DNA from: an uncultured Gemmatimonadales bacterium
Lineage (GTDB): Bacteria > Gemmatimonadota > Gemmatimonadetes > Longimicrobiales > Longimicrobiaceae
Assembly (NCBI GenBank): GCA_963716255.1
Contig: OY970303.1
Coordinates: 4,416,001-4,480,000 of the forward strand
Direction of reading: 5' to 3'
Length of the DNA stretch: 64,000 bases
In this document: positions 9,859 to 20,840 of the stretch, piece by piece
Layout of the letters: each line of letters opens with the position of its first letter
Position numbering within the stretch: position 1 is the first letter of the stretch
Program-made: the position numbers and the translations under genes
Notes under the pieces: model-generated
Told to the model about the DNA's origin: nothing
The model's database searches: none
The model's input: only the letters and a program-made list of their open reading frames with translations

Positions 9859-10412
9859 GCGCGCGGCCCACCCCGCACGCGGGCGTGGCGGCGGCCCTGT
9901 CCGCGTCCCCGCCGCCGGTCTCCCCGGCGGCCGCTCCCGCGCTCCCCCACGTGGAGCGGGCGCACGCCATCCGCGTGGAGGCTCCGCCCGCGCGTGCGTT
10001 TCCGCTCTTCGAGCCGGTGGGCGAGACGCTGTGGGCCCCGGGCTGGCACCCCGAATTCCTCCACCCCGCCGACGGCGAGGCGCGCGAGGGAGCCGTGTTC
10101 CTCACGCGGGTCCCGGGGGAGCCGGCGACGGTCTGGATGATCGCGCTGCACCGGCCGGAGGAGCACCACGTGGCCTACGCGCGCATCACTCCCGGGATCC
10201 GCGCGGTGAGGGTGGAAGTGCGCTGCCGGCCGGACGGGCCGGACGCGACGCTCGCGACCGTGACGTACGAGTACACGGCGCTCTCGGGGGAGCCGGACCC
10301 GTACCTGGAGGGGCTGGACGATGCACGCTACCGCGAGGGGATCGAGGCGTGGGGCGGCGCGATCGCCCACTTCCTCCGCCACGGGACGGCGCCGGACGGG
10401 CCGGGCCACTGA
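9855..10412 (+). CDS. SRPBCC/START-like hypothetical protein
   Basis: GTGA overlap with upstream stop; APPARAFPLFEPVGETLWAPGW...VTYEYTAL pattern. Confidence 0.7.
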   Translation: MSARPTPHAGVAAALSASPPPVSPAAAPALPHVERAHAIRVEAPPARAFPLFEPVGETLWAPGWHPEFLHPADGEAREGAVFLTRVPGEPATVWMIALHRPEEHHVAYARITPGIRAVRVEVRCRPDGPDATLATVTYEYTALSGEPDPYLEGLDDARYREGIEAWGGAIAHFLRHGTAPDGPGH

Positions 10413-10545
10413 CGGAGCGGCACCGGACGGAGCTTGAACGGCCCCGGCCACCCGGGTAGCTTTGGGCCCGCCGCGCCCCGGGGAAGGCGGCGGGTCACCC
10501 GGCTCACGCGAAGCGTGAAACGCCCACCTGTTTTCGCGGACGACG

Positions 10546-12084
10546 ATGGATTCGATCCTGGACGAGCTGGAGCGCGACACCGGCCGCGACGCGGGGGCTG
10601 CCTTCCTGGAGCTGGCGGCCGATTACCTGGCGGAGACCCGCAATGGAGAGGGACCGGTGTCCACCTCCCGCACGCCCGCGGAGATCGCGGCGCGCTTCGA
10701 CGAGCCCCTCCCGCTCCGCGGGCGGCCGCTGGCAGAGGTGGTGGAGCGGCTGGGGCGCGAGGTGCTCCCGGACGTCAACCGCCTCTTCCACCCCATGTAC
10801 ATGGGCCACCAGGTGTCGGCGCCGCTCCCGGCGGCGATCTGGACGGAGTCGCTGATCGGGGCGCTGAACCAGTCGGTGGCGGTGTGGGAGATGTCGCCCG
10901 TGGCGACGATGGTGGAGCACCGGGTGGTCCGCTGGATGGCGGACCTGGCGGGCTTCGGTGCGGGCGCGGGCGGGACGCTGACCTCGGGCGGCACGGAGGC
11001 CACCTTCACGGCGCTGCTGGCCGCGCGCAACACCGTGGTCCCGGACGCGTGGGAGAACGGGGTGGGCGCGGACCCGCCCGTCGTCGTGTACGGCGAGCAC
11101 GCGCACTACGCGGTGGCCCGTGCGGTGGGCGAGCTGGGGCTGGGGATGCGAAGCGCGGTCGCGGTGAGGTCGCGCGGCTTCCGCATGGACACGGACGCGC
11201 TCCGCGACACGCTGGACGGGCTGGAGCGGGCGGGGCGCCGGGCGATGGCCGTGGTGGCGACCGCCGGCTCCACGGCGACGGGCTCCTTCGACGACCTGGA
11301 GGCCGTCGGCGCGCTGTGCGAGGCGCGGGGCGTCTGGCTGCACGTGGACGGGGCGCACGGGGCGTCGGCGCTGCTCTCGGCGGAGCACCGGCACCGGCTG
11401 GCGGGGCTGTCGCGGGCGCGCACGGTCGCCTGGGACCCGCACAAGGGGATGCTGCTGCCGCTGGCTGCCGGGATGGTGCTGGCCCGCGACGAGCGCGACC
11501 TGGAGCGCGCCTTCGCGCAGAAGGCGCCGTACCTGTTCCACGGCGGGGGGGACGAGCGGGTGACGGACCAGGGGGTGAGGAGCTTCCAGTGCTCGCGCCG
11601 GGCGGACGCGCTCAAGCTGTGGGTGGCGCTCCAGCGCTACGGGGCGGAGGGGATCGGCCGCGTGTACGACCACCTGTGCTCGGTGGCGCGCTCGCTGTGG
11701 GAGGAGATCGAGGAGCGCCCGGACTTCGAGGCGCTGCACGAGCCGGAGTCCAACATCCTCTGCTTCCGCTGGGTGGGCGACGGGTCGCGGGACGCGGAGC
11801 GGCTGGACGCGCTGAACCGGGCGCTGCGGCCGGCGTACAACCGCTCGGGCGAGGGGTGGATCACGGCGACGGTGCTGGAGGGGCGGCCGGTGCTGCGGGT
11901 GACGGTGATGAACCCGCGGACCACGGCGGACCACGCGCGGGCGATGCTGGATGGGGTCGCAGCGGAGGCGGAGAGGGTGGAGGCGGGGCTGCTGCTCGAC
12001 TCCATCCCCGGTGCGTTCGAGCGAGCGCGACAGGGGCTGCGGGAGATCGAGGCGGGCCAGGGAATCCCGCTGGACGAGTTCTGA
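10546..12084 (+). CDS. Group II PLP-dependent decarboxylase (DABA/glutamate/aromatic type)
   Basis: HPMYMGHQ, TSGGTEAT, ATAGSTATGSFDDL, WLHVDGAHG, WDPHK (PLP lysine). Confidence 0.92.
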   Translation: MDSILDELERDTGRDAGAAFLELAADYLAETRNGEGPVSTSRTPAEIAARFDEPLPLRGRPLAEVVERLGREVLPDVNRLFHPMYMGHQVSAPLPAAIWTESLIGALNQSVAVWEMSPVATMVEHRVVRWMADLAGFGAGAGGTLTSGGTEATFTALLAARNTVVPDAWENGVGADPPVVVYGEHAHYAVARAVGELGLGMRSAVAVRSRGFRMDTDALRDTLDGLERAGRRAMAVVATAGSTATGSFDDLEAVGALCEARGVWLHVDGAHGASALLSAEHRHRLAGLSRARTVAWDPHKGMLLPLAAGMVLARDERDLERAFAQKAPYLFHGGGDERVTDQGVRSFQCSRRADALKLWVALQRYGAEGIGRVYDHLCSVARSLWEEIEERPDFEALHEPESNILCFRWVGDGSRDAERLDALNRALRPAYNRSGEGWITATVLEGRPVLRVTVMNPRTTADHARAMLDGVAAEAERVEAGLLLDSIPGAFERARQGLREIEAGQGIPLDEF

Positions 12085-12253
12085 GCATGGCGCGCGTCGT
12101 CGTCGCGCCCATCACCATGGCCTTTCGCAAAGCACCCGTGTGAGTGTGAAGGCCCGTGCCGCGAAAGCCTTATCCGGCAACGCCTCCGCCCATGGAAGTT
12201 TGGCCTGGCCGGAACACTCCGCGCCGGGATGTATTTCTGGCGCCCGCCGCCGG

Positions 12254-12637
12254 TCAGCTGTCCAGCCCGCCCCGCACCCAGCCGGGCACGGCGACCCCCG
12301 CGGCACGGCTCCTCCGCGCCACCACCTTGCGCAGCTCCCTCGCCGCCGCGTACCGCTCCGCCGCCGGGAGGTGCCTCACGGCGCAGGCGAGCGCCACGCG
12401 CGCGGGCGCGTCGGCCATGCCGTCCTCCTCGACCGCCTCCATCCGGGCCAGCGTCACCAGCCGCCTGCGCGTGCGCGGCGCCGGGGTGCCGCCGTCCAGG
12501 AACCTGCGCAGCCCCTCCGCGCTCATCCCCACCATCCCGGCGACGTGCCGCAGGCTGGTCGCGTACGTGAAGCGCCGCGCCAGCGCGCGAAGATTTTCCA
12601 GCGACTCGCCGGGCTCAGTCGTCGCCGCATCGCTCAT
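12254..12637 (-). CDS. Hypothetical protein with HTH-like segment
   Basis: TSLRHVAGMVGMSAEGLRRFLDGG resembles an Xre/Cro helix-turn-helix; GGAGG RBS upstream of ATG 12637. Confidence 0.6.
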   Translation of the reverse strand: MSDAATTEPGESLENLRALARRFTYATSLRHVAGMVGMSAEGLRRFLDGGTPAPRTRRRLVTLARMEAVEEDGMADAPARVALACAVRHLPAAERYAAARELRKVVARRSRAAGVAVPGWVRGGLDS

Positions 12638-12816
12638 CCTGCCTCCGTCGTTCGGGTGTCGGCTGCGGGCCATTGGCTAAGATGGTGGACAGAGTGGACA
12701 CCCGCAACGGCGCGGGAGCCGGACGGGTCGGCAGTGTTTCACCCCGATCGAAAGGGCCCTCCGCCGAGTCCGGCAGAGGGCCCTGTCGTTCGCTTCCCGC
12801 ACCTTCGCACTGCCGG

Positions 12817-13736
<920 letters not shown>

Positions 13737-13740
<4 letters not shown>

Positions 13741-15257
13741 GGGAGCGTCGCGGCGAGGGCGGGCTCCGGCGGGCGCGCCGGCTCGCCGGGGAGGACCCGG
13801 TCCAGCACCTTGGCCGAGCAGAGCACCCCCGGCATCCCCGCGCCGGGGTGCGTCCCCGCGCCCACGAAGTACAGCCCCTCCACGTCCTCGGAGCGGTTGT
13901 GGAAGCGGAAGTAGGCCGACTGCGACAGCCGCGGCTCGATCCCGAAGCCCGCACCCTTGGTGGAGCGCAGCTGCTCCTCGAAGTAGCGCGGCGTGACGTG
14001 GAACGAGGTCACCAGGCTGTCGCGCAGGCCGGGGAGCAGCCGCTCCTCCAGGTGGCCGAGGATGCGGTCCAGGTAGCGCGGCCCCTCCGCGTCCCAGTCG
14101 ATCCCGCTGTCGTTGTGGGGGACGGGCGAGAGCACGTAGAACGCCTCGTGCCCCGGCGGCGCCAGCGACGGGTCGGTGCGGGTGGGGGCGTGCAGGTACA
14201 GCGAGAAGTCGTCCGCCAGCTTCTTGCGCTCGAAGATGTCCTCCAGCAGCTCGCGGTAGCGCGGCCCCATCAGGATGGTGTGGTGCGCCAGCTCGGGATA
14301 CGTCCTGCGCGTCCCGAAGTAGGCCACGAAAAGCCCCATGGAAAGGCGCCGCCGGGCCAGCGAGCGGTCCGTGTGGCGGTGGCGGTGGCGCGCGGCGACC
14401 AGCTTGCCGTACACGTGCGTGGGGTCCGCGTTGGCCACCAGCAGGTCGCAGGAGATGCGCTCCCCGCCCTCCAGCCGCACCGCGCGGGCGCGGCCGCCCA
14501 CCACCTCGATCTCCTCCACCGGCGCGCTGCAGCGCACCTCGCCGCCCATCTCCTCCAGCAGCTTCACCAGTCCCCGCACGATGGTGGTGGTGCCCCCCTT
14601 GGCGAACCAAACGCCCCACTTCCGCTCCAGCCAGTGGATGAGCAGGTAGATGGAGGTGGTGTTGAAGGGGTTGCCCCCCACCAGCAGCGGCTGGAAGGTG
14701 AACACCTGCCGCAGCCGCTCGTCGCGGAGGTAGCGCGACACCATCCCGTACACGGTGCGGTAGCTCCCCAGCTTCACCATCTCCGGCACCACCCGCAGCA
14801 TCTCCGACAGGCGGTCGAAGGGGGCGTCGGCGAGGCGCGTGTAGCCCACGTCGAAGATGCGCTCCGCGTGCGCGGCCAGCCGGCGGTAGCCGTCCACGTC
14901 GGCGGGGCTCATCTCGCGGATCTGGGCGATGATGCGCTCCTCGTCGCCCACGTAGTCGAAGCGCGACCCGTCCGCGAACTCCACCCGGTAGAACGGGTCC
15001 ACCGGCACCAGCTCGAAGTAGTCGCGCGAGTCGCGGCCGGCCAGCGCGAAAAGCTCGTGCAGCAGGTAGGGCGCGGTGACCACGGTGGGCCCCGCGTCGA
15101 AGGAAAAGCCGTCCCGGCAAAAGACGCTGGCGCGCCCGCCGGGCTGGTCCGTGGCCTCCAGCACCGTCACCCGGTGCCCGCGCGCCTGCAGGCGGATGGC
15201 CGCCGCGAGCCCGCCGAGCCCCGCCCCGATCACCAGCGTCCGCCCGCTCCCGCTCAT
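13737..15257 (-). CDS. crtI: Phytoene desaturase
   Basis: VIGAGLGGLAAA, FDAGPTV, LLVGGNPF, LYFVGAGTHPGAGMPGV. Confidence 0.95.
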
Positions 15258-16381
15258 GCGTGGCTCTCCCGCTCGCGCGCCCCCCCGGGGGCGCGCACCC
15301 ACTCGATGGGGTGCAGCGCCACCGCGGCGAGCTCCCCCGCCAGGTGGCGCAGCCCCGGCTCCTCCGCCATCCCCGGGGCGCCCAGCGCCTCCACGGCGGC
15401 GGCGTTGATCCGCGCCAGCACCCGCTCCAGCGCCCCGCCGCAGCGGAAGCGCTCCACCGCCAGCTCCACCTCCGCCTGCGGGGTCTCGGCGCGGGGCGCG
15501 GCGAGCAGCGCGCGCAGCCAGGGCGCGTCGCCCGGGTGCAGCGCCAGGTGCTCCACCACCAGCGCGCTGGTCTTTCCCTCGCGCAGGTCCGAGCCGGGGG
15601 CGCCGCGCCCCTTCTCGCCGAACAGGTCCAGCACGTCGTCCTGGAGCTGGAAGAGGAGCCCAAGCGCGCGGAAGCCGCACGCCATGCGCCGCGCCTCCTC
15701 CGGGGAGCGCCCCGCCAGCAGCGCCGCGCCCTCCACCGGGAGCTGGAAGAGCGGCCCCGTCTTTCCCTCGGCGACGGCGCGGTACGCCGCCCAGTCCACG
15801 TCGCGACACGGGTCCATGGCCAGCTCGGCGGCCTGGCCGCGCACGGTCGCCGCCGCGTGGCCGGCCAGGGAGCGCGCCAGCGTCCAGCGCCTGTCCAGCG
15901 GAGCTTCCAGGTGCTCCAGTGCCAGGTAGGGGAGCATGAGGAGGAGGTCGCCGGCGTTGACGGCCTGCGCGGCGCCGTGCAGCGCCCACACCGTGGGGCG
16001 GCCGCGGCGGACGCGGTCGCCGTCCTGCAGGTCGTCGTGCACCAGCGTGGCGTTGTGGAGCAGCTCGCAGGCGGCGGCCCAGGCGACCCCCGCCTCGCGC
16101 GGCTCGTCCAGCGCCTCCATGGCGGCGAGCGCCAGGCGCGCGCGGATCCGCTTCCCACCCGTGGCCAGGTGCCCGCGCACCATCGCCCCCACCGGCTCGC
16201 CTCCCGCCTCGTCCGCCAGCCGGTCCATCAGCGCCTCCACCTCCGGCAGGCACAGGGTGGAGCGGAGCGAGCCGGCGAGCGCCAGCGGCGCGCGCGCCGC
16301 GGAAGCGCGGTGCGGATCCGCCGTTTTCGCGTGGGCGGAGCGGAGCGGCGATTCGGCGGCTGCCTGGCCCGAAGGGTTCAT
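15254..16381 (-). CDS. crtE: Polyprenyl (GGPP) synthetase; start uncertain
   Basis: GGKRIR, ELLHNATLVHDDLQDGD..RRGRPT, KTG, FQLQDDVLD. Confidence 0.88.
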   Translation of the reverse strand: MNPSGQAAAESPLRSAHAKTADPHRASAARAPLALAGSLRSTLCLPEVEALMDRLADEAGGEPVGAMVRGHLATGGKRIRARLALAAMEALDEPREAGVAWAAACELLHNATLVHDDLQDGDRVRRGRPTVWALHGAAQAVNAGDLLLMLPYLALEHLEAPLDRRWTLARSLAGHAAATVRGQAAELAMDPCRDVDWAAYRAVAEGKTGPLFQLPVEGAALLAGRSPEEARRMACGFRALGLLFQLQDDVLDLFGEKGRGAPGSDLREGKTSALVVEHLALHPGDAPWLRALLAAPRAETPQAEVELAVERFRCGGALERVLARINAAAVEALGAPGMAEEPGLRHLAGELAAVALHPIEWVRAPGGARERESHA

Positions 16382-16441
16382 GGGGGCGGTCGACTGGGTG
16401 GTTCGCCGCGCGGGGCGGCGGTCGCCCGGAAGGGGCGTTAG

Positions 16442-16477
16442 CCTGGACAAAGATTGTACACGCATGGATCGTGCACA
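16442..16477. promoter_or_regulatory. Candidate CarH/CarA-type operator upstream of crtE-crtI-crtB
   Basis: TGGACA (16444) and TGTACA (16455) spaced 11 bp, plus TGCACA (16472). Confidence 0.5.
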
Positions 16478-16490
16478 AGGGTGGCGTGCG

Positions 16491-17723
16491 TCAGCTCCCC
16501 CCGGCCGCCAGCGAGGCGGCCAGCCGCAGACCGCCGGGGCCCAGCGCGGCGGCCACCAGCCGCCCGCGGACGCGCCGCGGCGCCCGGGCGAAGAAGCGCG
16601 CCATGACGCCGGCCAGCTCCGCGGCCGGGAGCCGGTCTCCCAGGTAGCCGGCCCAGTCCGCGTCCGGGAGCCGGAAGAAGGCGGCGAAGAAGTCGCGCGT
16701 GTCGGGGGCGTCCAACCGCAGCAGAGCCTCCATCCCGAAGCGCAGGAGCGCGTGCCGCCTGCGCCGGTCCGCGGGCCAGATCGCGTCCCACCCGGCCCGC
16801 GCCGCCGCCGCCGGGGATCCGTCGGGCCGCCCCAGCGCCTCCGCGACCGCCGCGGCGAGCACCGGCGCGTCCGCCAGCACGCGGGCCAGCAGGTAGCCGG
16901 TGGCCGGGTGCACCATCCCCGCCGCCCCCCCGAAGCCCACCACCCGCTGCCGCGGCGAGGGGAGCGCCCCGCCCATGGGGATCCAGCAGCGCTCCCGCTC
17001 GCCGCCCTCCGGGAGCGCCACCCCGCGCAGCGCGAGCCGGGCGCGCAGCCGGGCTTCCAGCGCCTCGAAGGAAACGGGCGGCCTTGCCACCAGTACGGTC
17101 TCCTCCACGAACACGGATCCGTCGGGAAAGGGGAGGGCGTACAGGAAGGTGGGCACGGGGGAGGGCGGGAGGCCGGCGTCGTCCCACTCCATCAGCGTGG
17201 CGCGGCCGGGCTCCACCCCGGGGACGGGGCCCGGGACCACGGCGCCGAGCGCGGTCTGGAAGCCCTGCGGCGGACGGTCGCCGCGGCGCACCAGGGCGGG
17301 ACGGTGGCCGGATGCATCCACCACCAGCCGCGCTGCCACCTCGCCGCCGCCGCGGAGGAGGGCGGTGCCCCCCGTGCCGCGGTGCTCCGCCGAGACGGCC
17401 TCGCCGTCGATCCAGCGGACGCCGCCTGCCTCGCAGCGCGCGGCGAGCACGCGGGCCAGGGCGTCGCGGTCCACGCGGACGTAGGCGCGGGGGAGGACGC
17501 GCGTCCGTCCCCCGCCGAAGCCGGCGGCCACCGTGTCCCAGCGGCACCCGGCGGCCTCCGGGAGCCCGGCGGCGTCCAGCTCGTCCGCCCAGACCCCGTA
17601 CTGCGCCGTCCAGCGCGGCGGCCCCGGCGGCCCCAGGGCGCCCACGCGCAGCCCGCGCCCGGAGAGCGCGGCGGCGGCCGCGAGCGCGGCAGGCCCCTTG
17701 CCGAGAACCAGCACGTCGAGCAT
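16491..17723 (-). CDS. Lycopene cyclase (CrtL/CrtY family)
   Basis: DVLVLGKGPA, YGVWADE, GFQTALG, PTFLYALP, FVEETVL, GMVHPATGY. Confidence 0.88.
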   Translation of the reverse strand: MLDVLVLGKGPAALAAAAALSGRGLRVGALGPPGPPRWTAQYGVWADELDAAGLPEAAGCRWDTVAAGFGGGRTRVLPRAYVRVDRDALARVLAARCEAGGVRWIDGEAVSAEHRGTGGTALLRGGGEVAARLVVDASGHRPALVRRGDRPPQGFQTALGAVVPGPVPGVEPGRATLMEWDDAGLPPSPVPTFLYALPFPDGSVFVEETVLVARPPVSFEALEARLRARLALRGVALPEGGERERCWIPMGGALPSPRQRVVGFGGAAGMVHPATGYLLARVLADAPVLAAAVAEALGRPDGSPAAAARAGWDAIWPADRRRRHALLRFGMEALLRLDAPDTRDFFAAFFRLPDADWAGYLGDRLPAAELAGVMARFFARAPRRVRGRLVAAALGPGGLRLAASLAAGGS

Positions 17724-17763
17724 CCGTTCGGTCCCGGTGGGGGTGGGCGGCGGGTCGGGCGGC

Positions 17764-17796
17764 TTTGCACGAACCCTGGACGAACACTATATATCG
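17764..17796. promoter_or_regulatory. Candidate CarH-type operator in the divergent crt promoter
   Basis: Three 11-bp-phased units TTTGCACGAAC / CCTGGACGAAC / ACTATATATCG (T at 17766, 17777, 17788). Confidence 0.55.
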
Positions 17797-17839
17797 CCGC
17801 GGCGAGCCGGGGCAAACACACGGTCTGCGGGGCACCTGG

Positions 17840-18949
17840 ATGATCGAGATGGGAAGCACCAGCCGGGAGATGGACCCCTCGCTCCTCCGCGCGCCGGGGG
17901 GGTTCGCCTGGTGGTACGCCGACCTGGTGGATCCCCGCGGCGACGGGCTGGTCCTCATCTGGTCGTACGGGCTCCCCTTCCTCCCCGGCTACGCGGCCTC
18001 GGCGCGCCGCGGCGCCCCGCAGCTCCCCGCGGACCGTCCCAGCGTCAACCTGGTGGCGTACTCCCGCGGCGTTCCCACCGTCTACCTTCTCCAGGAGTAC
18101 GCCGCGTCGGACGCGTACTGGTCCGACCCGCCCGGCCTCCAGCGGATCGGCGGGTGCCGCTTCTCGCGGAAGGTGGCGGGAGGGCGCTGCACACTGGATG
18201 CCGAGCTGGACTGCCCGGTTCCCGGCTCCACCGAGCGGCTGACGGGGACGGTGAGCATCCGGGGCGTCGCCCGCGCGCCAGGGCCGGACGGTGCGGGAGC
18301 CGGCGCCGCGCACGTGTGGACGCCGCTCACCGGCCCGGCCCAGGGGACGGCCGTGCTGCGCGTGGGAGGGCGCGAGGTGGCACGGGTGAGCGGGCGCGCC
18401 TACCACGACCGCAACGGCGGGAGCGTTCCGCTGCACGCGCTGGGGATCGAGCGGTGGATGTGGGGGCGCTTCCCGCTGGAAGGGAGGGAGGCGGTCTACT
18501 ACCTCCTGTGGCCGGCGGGCGGCGGCGCGCCCGAGTGCCTGGGGGTGACCGTGGACGCGCAGGGACGCACGGAGGAGGTGTCCGGGCTGGAGGTGGAGCT
18601 GGGGGCGGAGCGGCGCAGCTACGCCGGGCTCCGCTGGCCGGAGCGCATCGTCCTCCGCGCCCGCGGCGAGTCCTGGCTGGAGGTGCGCCACCGCGCCCTC
18701 GCCGACGTGGGCCCCTTCTACCTCCGCCTACTTTCCGAGGGGACCACGCCCGGCGGGGAGCGCGCCGTGGGGTGGGGGGAGCTGTGCGTCCCGGACCGGG
18801 TGGACCTCCCCGTCCACCGCCCCTTCGTGCGCATGCGCGTGCACCGCGTGGGCCAGGCCAACTCCGTGTGGCTCCCGCTCTTCGCCGGGCCGCGCGAGCG
18901 GCGGGTGGGGCGGCTCCTGCGCCACGCGCTGGCGGGAGCGTGGGGATGA
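17840..18949 (+). CDS. Carotenoid 1,2-hydratase-like protein (CrtC/lipocalin-like)
   Basis: PGGFAWWYADL, GRAYHDRNGG, WMWGR, GPFYLR motifs; crt context. Confidence 0.75.
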   Translation: MIEMGSTSREMDPSLLRAPGGFAWWYADLVDPRGDGLVLIWSYGLPFLPGYAASARRGAPQLPADRPSVNLVAYSRGVPTVYLLQEYAASDAYWSDPPGLQRIGGCRFSRKVAGGRCTLDAELDCPVPGSTERLTGTVSIRGVARAPGPDGAGAGAAHVWTPLTGPAQGTAVLRVGGREVARVSGRAYHDRNGGSVPLHALGIERWMWGRFPLEGREAVYYLLWPAGGGAPECLGVTVDAQGRTEEVSGLEVELGAERRSYAGLRWPERIVLRARGESWLEVRHRALADVGPFYLRLLSEGTTPGGERAVGWGELCVPDRVDLPVHRPFVRMRVHRVGQANSVWLPLFAGPRERRVGRLLRHALAGAWG

Positions 18950-20091
18950 GCGCGGGGTGGATCGCCTGGGGAGTGCTCGCGCTCCCCCCGCTGGCGGTGC
19001 TGGCGACCGCGGGCTTCAACCTGCTCGCCTGGCCGCGGGGGAGCGCCGCGGGCCGCGTCCGCGGGCGCGTGTCCGTGTGCATCCCCGCGCGCGACGAGGC
19101 CGCGCGCATCGAGCGCTGCGTGCGGGCCGCGCTGGCCGGGACGCAGGCCCCCGGCGAGGTGCTGGTGTACGACGACGGCTCGGTCGACGGCACCGGGGAG
19201 ATCGTGGCCCGCGTCGCGGCGGAGGACGCGCGGGTGCGGGGGATCGCCGGCGGGCCGCTCCCCGCGGGGTGGGTGGGGAAGCCGCACGCCTGCCACCGCC
19301 TGGCCCGGGAGGCCACGGGCGACGTGCTGGTGTTCATGGACGCGGACACCGTCGCCGGGCCGGAGTGCCTGGCGCGCCTGGGCTCGCTGCTGGAGGGGAT
19401 GGCGGCCGACGTGGTGACGGCCGCGCCGCGGCACGAGCTCCGCACCGCGGGCGAGCGGCTGGTGGTCCCGCTGCTGCACCTCACCTACCTGGCCTGGCTG
19501 CCGCTCCCGCTGGTGTGGCGCACCCGCGACCCGCGCTTCCTGGTCGCCAACGGGCAGCTCCTGGCCGTGCGGCGCCGCGCGTACGAAGCGGCGGGCGGCT
19601 GGGAGGCGGTCCGCGCCGAGGTGGTGGACGACATGGCCTTCTGCCGGCGGGTCAAGGCGAGCGGCGGGCGCGTCGTCTTCGCGGACGGGCACCGCATGGC
19701 GACGGTGAGGATGTACGACGGGTGGAGATCGCTGTGGGAGGGGTTCTCCAAGAACCTGTACGAGGGGATCGGCGGGCGGCCGGCGGCGCTGGCGGGGACC
19801 TTTCTCCTCTACGGCGGCGTGTTCGTCCTCCCCTACGCCGCGCTCGCCGCTGGGCTCGTGGGAATTCCGGCGCTTCTCGCCCCCGCGGCCGCCGGCGTCG
19901 CCGCCAACCTGGCGCTGCGCGCGCTGCTCGCCGCGCGCTTCCGCCAGCCGCCGGAGGGAGTGCTGCTGCACCCGCTCGGCGTCCTCGCCCTGCTGGCGAT
20001 CGCCGCCAACTCGCTCCGCTGGTCGCGCCGCGGCGCCATCCGCTGGCGTGACCGCGTCTACCCGTCGCGGGCGGCGCGCACCGCCTCGTGA
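18946..20091 (+). CDS. GT2 carotenoid glycosyltransferase (CruC/CrtQ-like)
   Basis: VSVCIPARDE, DDGSVDGT, GWVGKPHAC, FMDAD, ANGQ, VVDDM, RMY, GFSKN. Confidence 0.88.
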   Translation: MSAGWIAWGVLALPPLAVLATAGFNLLAWPRGSAAGRVRGRVSVCIPARDEAARIERCVRAALAGTQAPGEVLVYDDGSVDGTGEIVARVAAEDARVRGIAGGPLPAGWVGKPHACHRLAREATGDVLVFMDADTVAGPECLARLGSLLEGMAADVVTAAPRHELRTAGERLVVPLLHLTYLAWLPLPLVWRTRDPRFLVANGQLLAVRRRAYEAAGGWEAVRAEVVDDMAFCRRVKASGGRVVFADGHRMATVRMYDGWRSLWEGFSKNLYEGIGGRPAALAGTFLLYGGVFVLPYAALAAGLVGIPALLAPAAAGVAANLALRALLAARFRQPPEGVLLHPLGVLALLAIAANSLRWSRRGAIRWRDRVYPSRAARTAS

Positions 20092-20840
20092 GCCCGCCCG
20101 ACGCCCGCACCCCGTGGTTCCTGGCCGTGGCCCGGCGCTACGTCCGCCGCCGGCTCGCCCACGGGCTGGACGGCTTCCGCGCCGCCGGGCTGGACCGGGC
20201 GCGCCAGGCCGCCGCCGCGGGCCCGGTGATCCTGGCCGCGAACCACGTGAGCTGGTGGGACCCGTTCCTGGTGGTAGCCCTGGACGAGGCGCTGGGGACG
20301 GAGGGGTACGCGCTGATGGACGCCGGCAACCTGGGCGGGCTCCCCTTCTTCGCGCGGCTCGGCGCCATCCCGCTGGACCGCTCCACCCCCGCCCGCCTGC
20401 GCGCGGGGCTTCGTGCCGGCGCCGCCCTCCTGGACCGCCCCGGGCGCGCCGTGTGGATGTTCCCGCAGGGGCGGCTGCGCCCCGCGCACCTCCGCCCGCT
20501 CGGCATCCACCCCGGGATCGCGCTCCTCGCCCGGCTCGCGCCCGGGGCCTCCGTGGTTCCCATCGCCTTCCAGTACGCCTTCGGCGAGCACCCCGCGCCC
20601 TCCGCCCTCGCCTGGCTCGGCGAGCCCATCCCCCCGCGCATCGCCGCCTCGCCGGAGGGAACCGCGCTGCTGGAGATCGCGATGGAGGCCGGGCTGCGCG
20701 AGATCGACGCCGCGCTCGCCGGGGACGCGCCGCCGATGCCCGAGCTGGTCCGGTCGCGGCTGCGCCGGCCGGACGAGGGGCTGGGCTCGCGCGTGCTGGG
20801 CCGCTGGCGCGCCGGGGAGCCGGGCAGGGGCGATGGCTGA
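20088..20840 (+). CDS. Acyltransferase (PlsC-like; CruD-like carotenoid glycoside acyltransferase)
   Basis: ANHVSWWD, GAIP, WMFPQG motifs. Confidence 0.85.
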   Translation: MSPPDARTPWFLAVARRYVRRRLAHGLDGFRAAGLDRARQAAAAGPVILAANHVSWWDPFLVVALDEALGTEGYALMDAGNLGGLPFFARLGAIPLDRSTPARLRAGLRAGAALLDRPGRAVWMFPQGRLRPAHLRPLGIHPGIALLARLAPGASVVPIAFQYAFGEHPAPSALAWLGEPIPPRIAASPEGTALLEIAMEAGLREIDAALAGDAPPMPELVRSRLRRPDEGLGSRVLGRWRAGEPGRGDG

